32,000 nucleotides of DNA from Nitrosarchaeum sp. (lineage in GTDB: Archaea; Thermoproteota; Nitrososphaeria; Nitrososphaerales; Nitrosopumilaceae): NCBI GenBank assembly GCA_025699025.1, contig JAILWJ010000001.1, forward strand, positions 260,488 to 292,487, in the 5' to 3' direction. Below are positions 31,725 to 32,000 of this stretch, piece by piece. Numbering within the stretch: position 1 is the first letter of the stretch; every line of letters begins with the position of its first letter. The notes below the pieces were generated by a model. The model saw only the letters and a program-made list of their open reading frames with translations, made no database searches and was not told the origin of the DNA. The position numbers and the translations under genes were made by a program.

Positions 31725-32000
31725 ATGGCCGATATCCTGATTGCTGATGATTCTGATGCCATACGACTCGTCTTGAAGGACATCTTGTCAATTGGCGAAC
31801 ACAATATTGTTGGTGAAGCAATCGATGGGGCAGAAGCAATTGAAAAGTTTTTTCAATTAAACCCTGATCTGATGCTTTTGGATTTGGCAATGCCAAAAAA
31901 AGATGGCTTGACTGTGGTAAAGGAGGTCATTGCCTCTAAACCAAACGCAAAAATTATTCTTGTGACTGCAAGCGATGATCAAAAAATAATCGGACAATGC
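31725..32000 (+). CDS. CheY-like response-regulator receiver domain, 3'-truncated by window edge
   Basis: Hand translation: MADILIADDSDAIRLVLKDILSIGEHNIVGEAIDGAEAIEKFFQLNPDLMLLDLAMPKKDGLTVVKEVIASKPNAKIILVTASDD... It has the DD acidic pocket, phospho-acceptor D in LLDLAMP, and the conserved T in LVTA. Not in the ORF track because there is no stop in the window. Confidence 0.85.
   Translation, partial: MADILIADDSDAIRLVLKDILSIGEHNIVGEAIDGAEAIEKFFQLNPDLMLLDLAMPKKDGLTVVKEVIASKPNAKIILVTASDDQKIIGQC

Noticed and set aside
31681-31896. 71-aa minus-strand ORF
   Set aside because: It is antisense to a textbook CheY-like receiver domain on the plus strand (31725 onward).
1-32000. CRISPR arrays, rRNA genes, IS elements with terminal inverted repeats
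   Set aside because: I saw no regularly spaced 25-40-bp repeats, no rRNA-like sequence and no transposase ORF. The only repeat families are those described (att cores, iteron-like block, intragenic repeats).

Overview
AT-rich prokaryotic window, probably archaeal and possibly Nitrososphaeria/Thaumarchaeota-like. That placement is inferred from a short archaeal-type AspRS, a COG1830 aldolase, a family-4 UDG, a NusA-like KH protein, many cupredoxins and A/T-box promoters. Left flank (1-8257): a partial MDR dehydrogenase, a COG1830 aldolase with an odd low-complexity tail, an NTF2-like protein, a tightly coupled ilvB-ilvN-leuA-leuB cluster, and small membrane and zinc-ribbon proteins. Centre (8258-18697): a ~10.4 kb integrated element bounded by a perfect 15-bp direct repeat (TCCCACTAGACCCGC). 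A tyrosine integrase starts 9 nt inside the left repeat, followed by a ~465-bp non-coding block dense in iterated motifs. The cargo is AT-rich and reads as a metal (copper) handling cassette: a His-rich membrane protein coupled to a double-wHTH regulator, a type-1-copper cupredoxin, two further exported proteins, a zinc-ribbon mini-protein, a short CDF-like transporter, and a membrane-anchored protein that is about 38% Met over ~113 residues and ends in a cupredoxin domain. A divergently oriented HEPN-motif (Rx4H) protein sits at the distal end, next to a cluster of hairpins and palindromes. Right flank (18698-32000): aspS, a NusA-like protein, an MFS transporter, an orphan Dpp/Opp-type ABC ATPase, a small three-gene operon, a Cache-HAMP-cyclase-homology sensor, a DedA-like protein, a TldD/UDG4/Mpg operon, and a divergent histidine kinase / Hpt / receiver locus. 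No rRNA, tRNA or CRISPR array was found. The integrated element and its copper cassette plus HEPN gene are the best candidate for a novel system. All functional calls come from motif reading by eye and need database confirmation.
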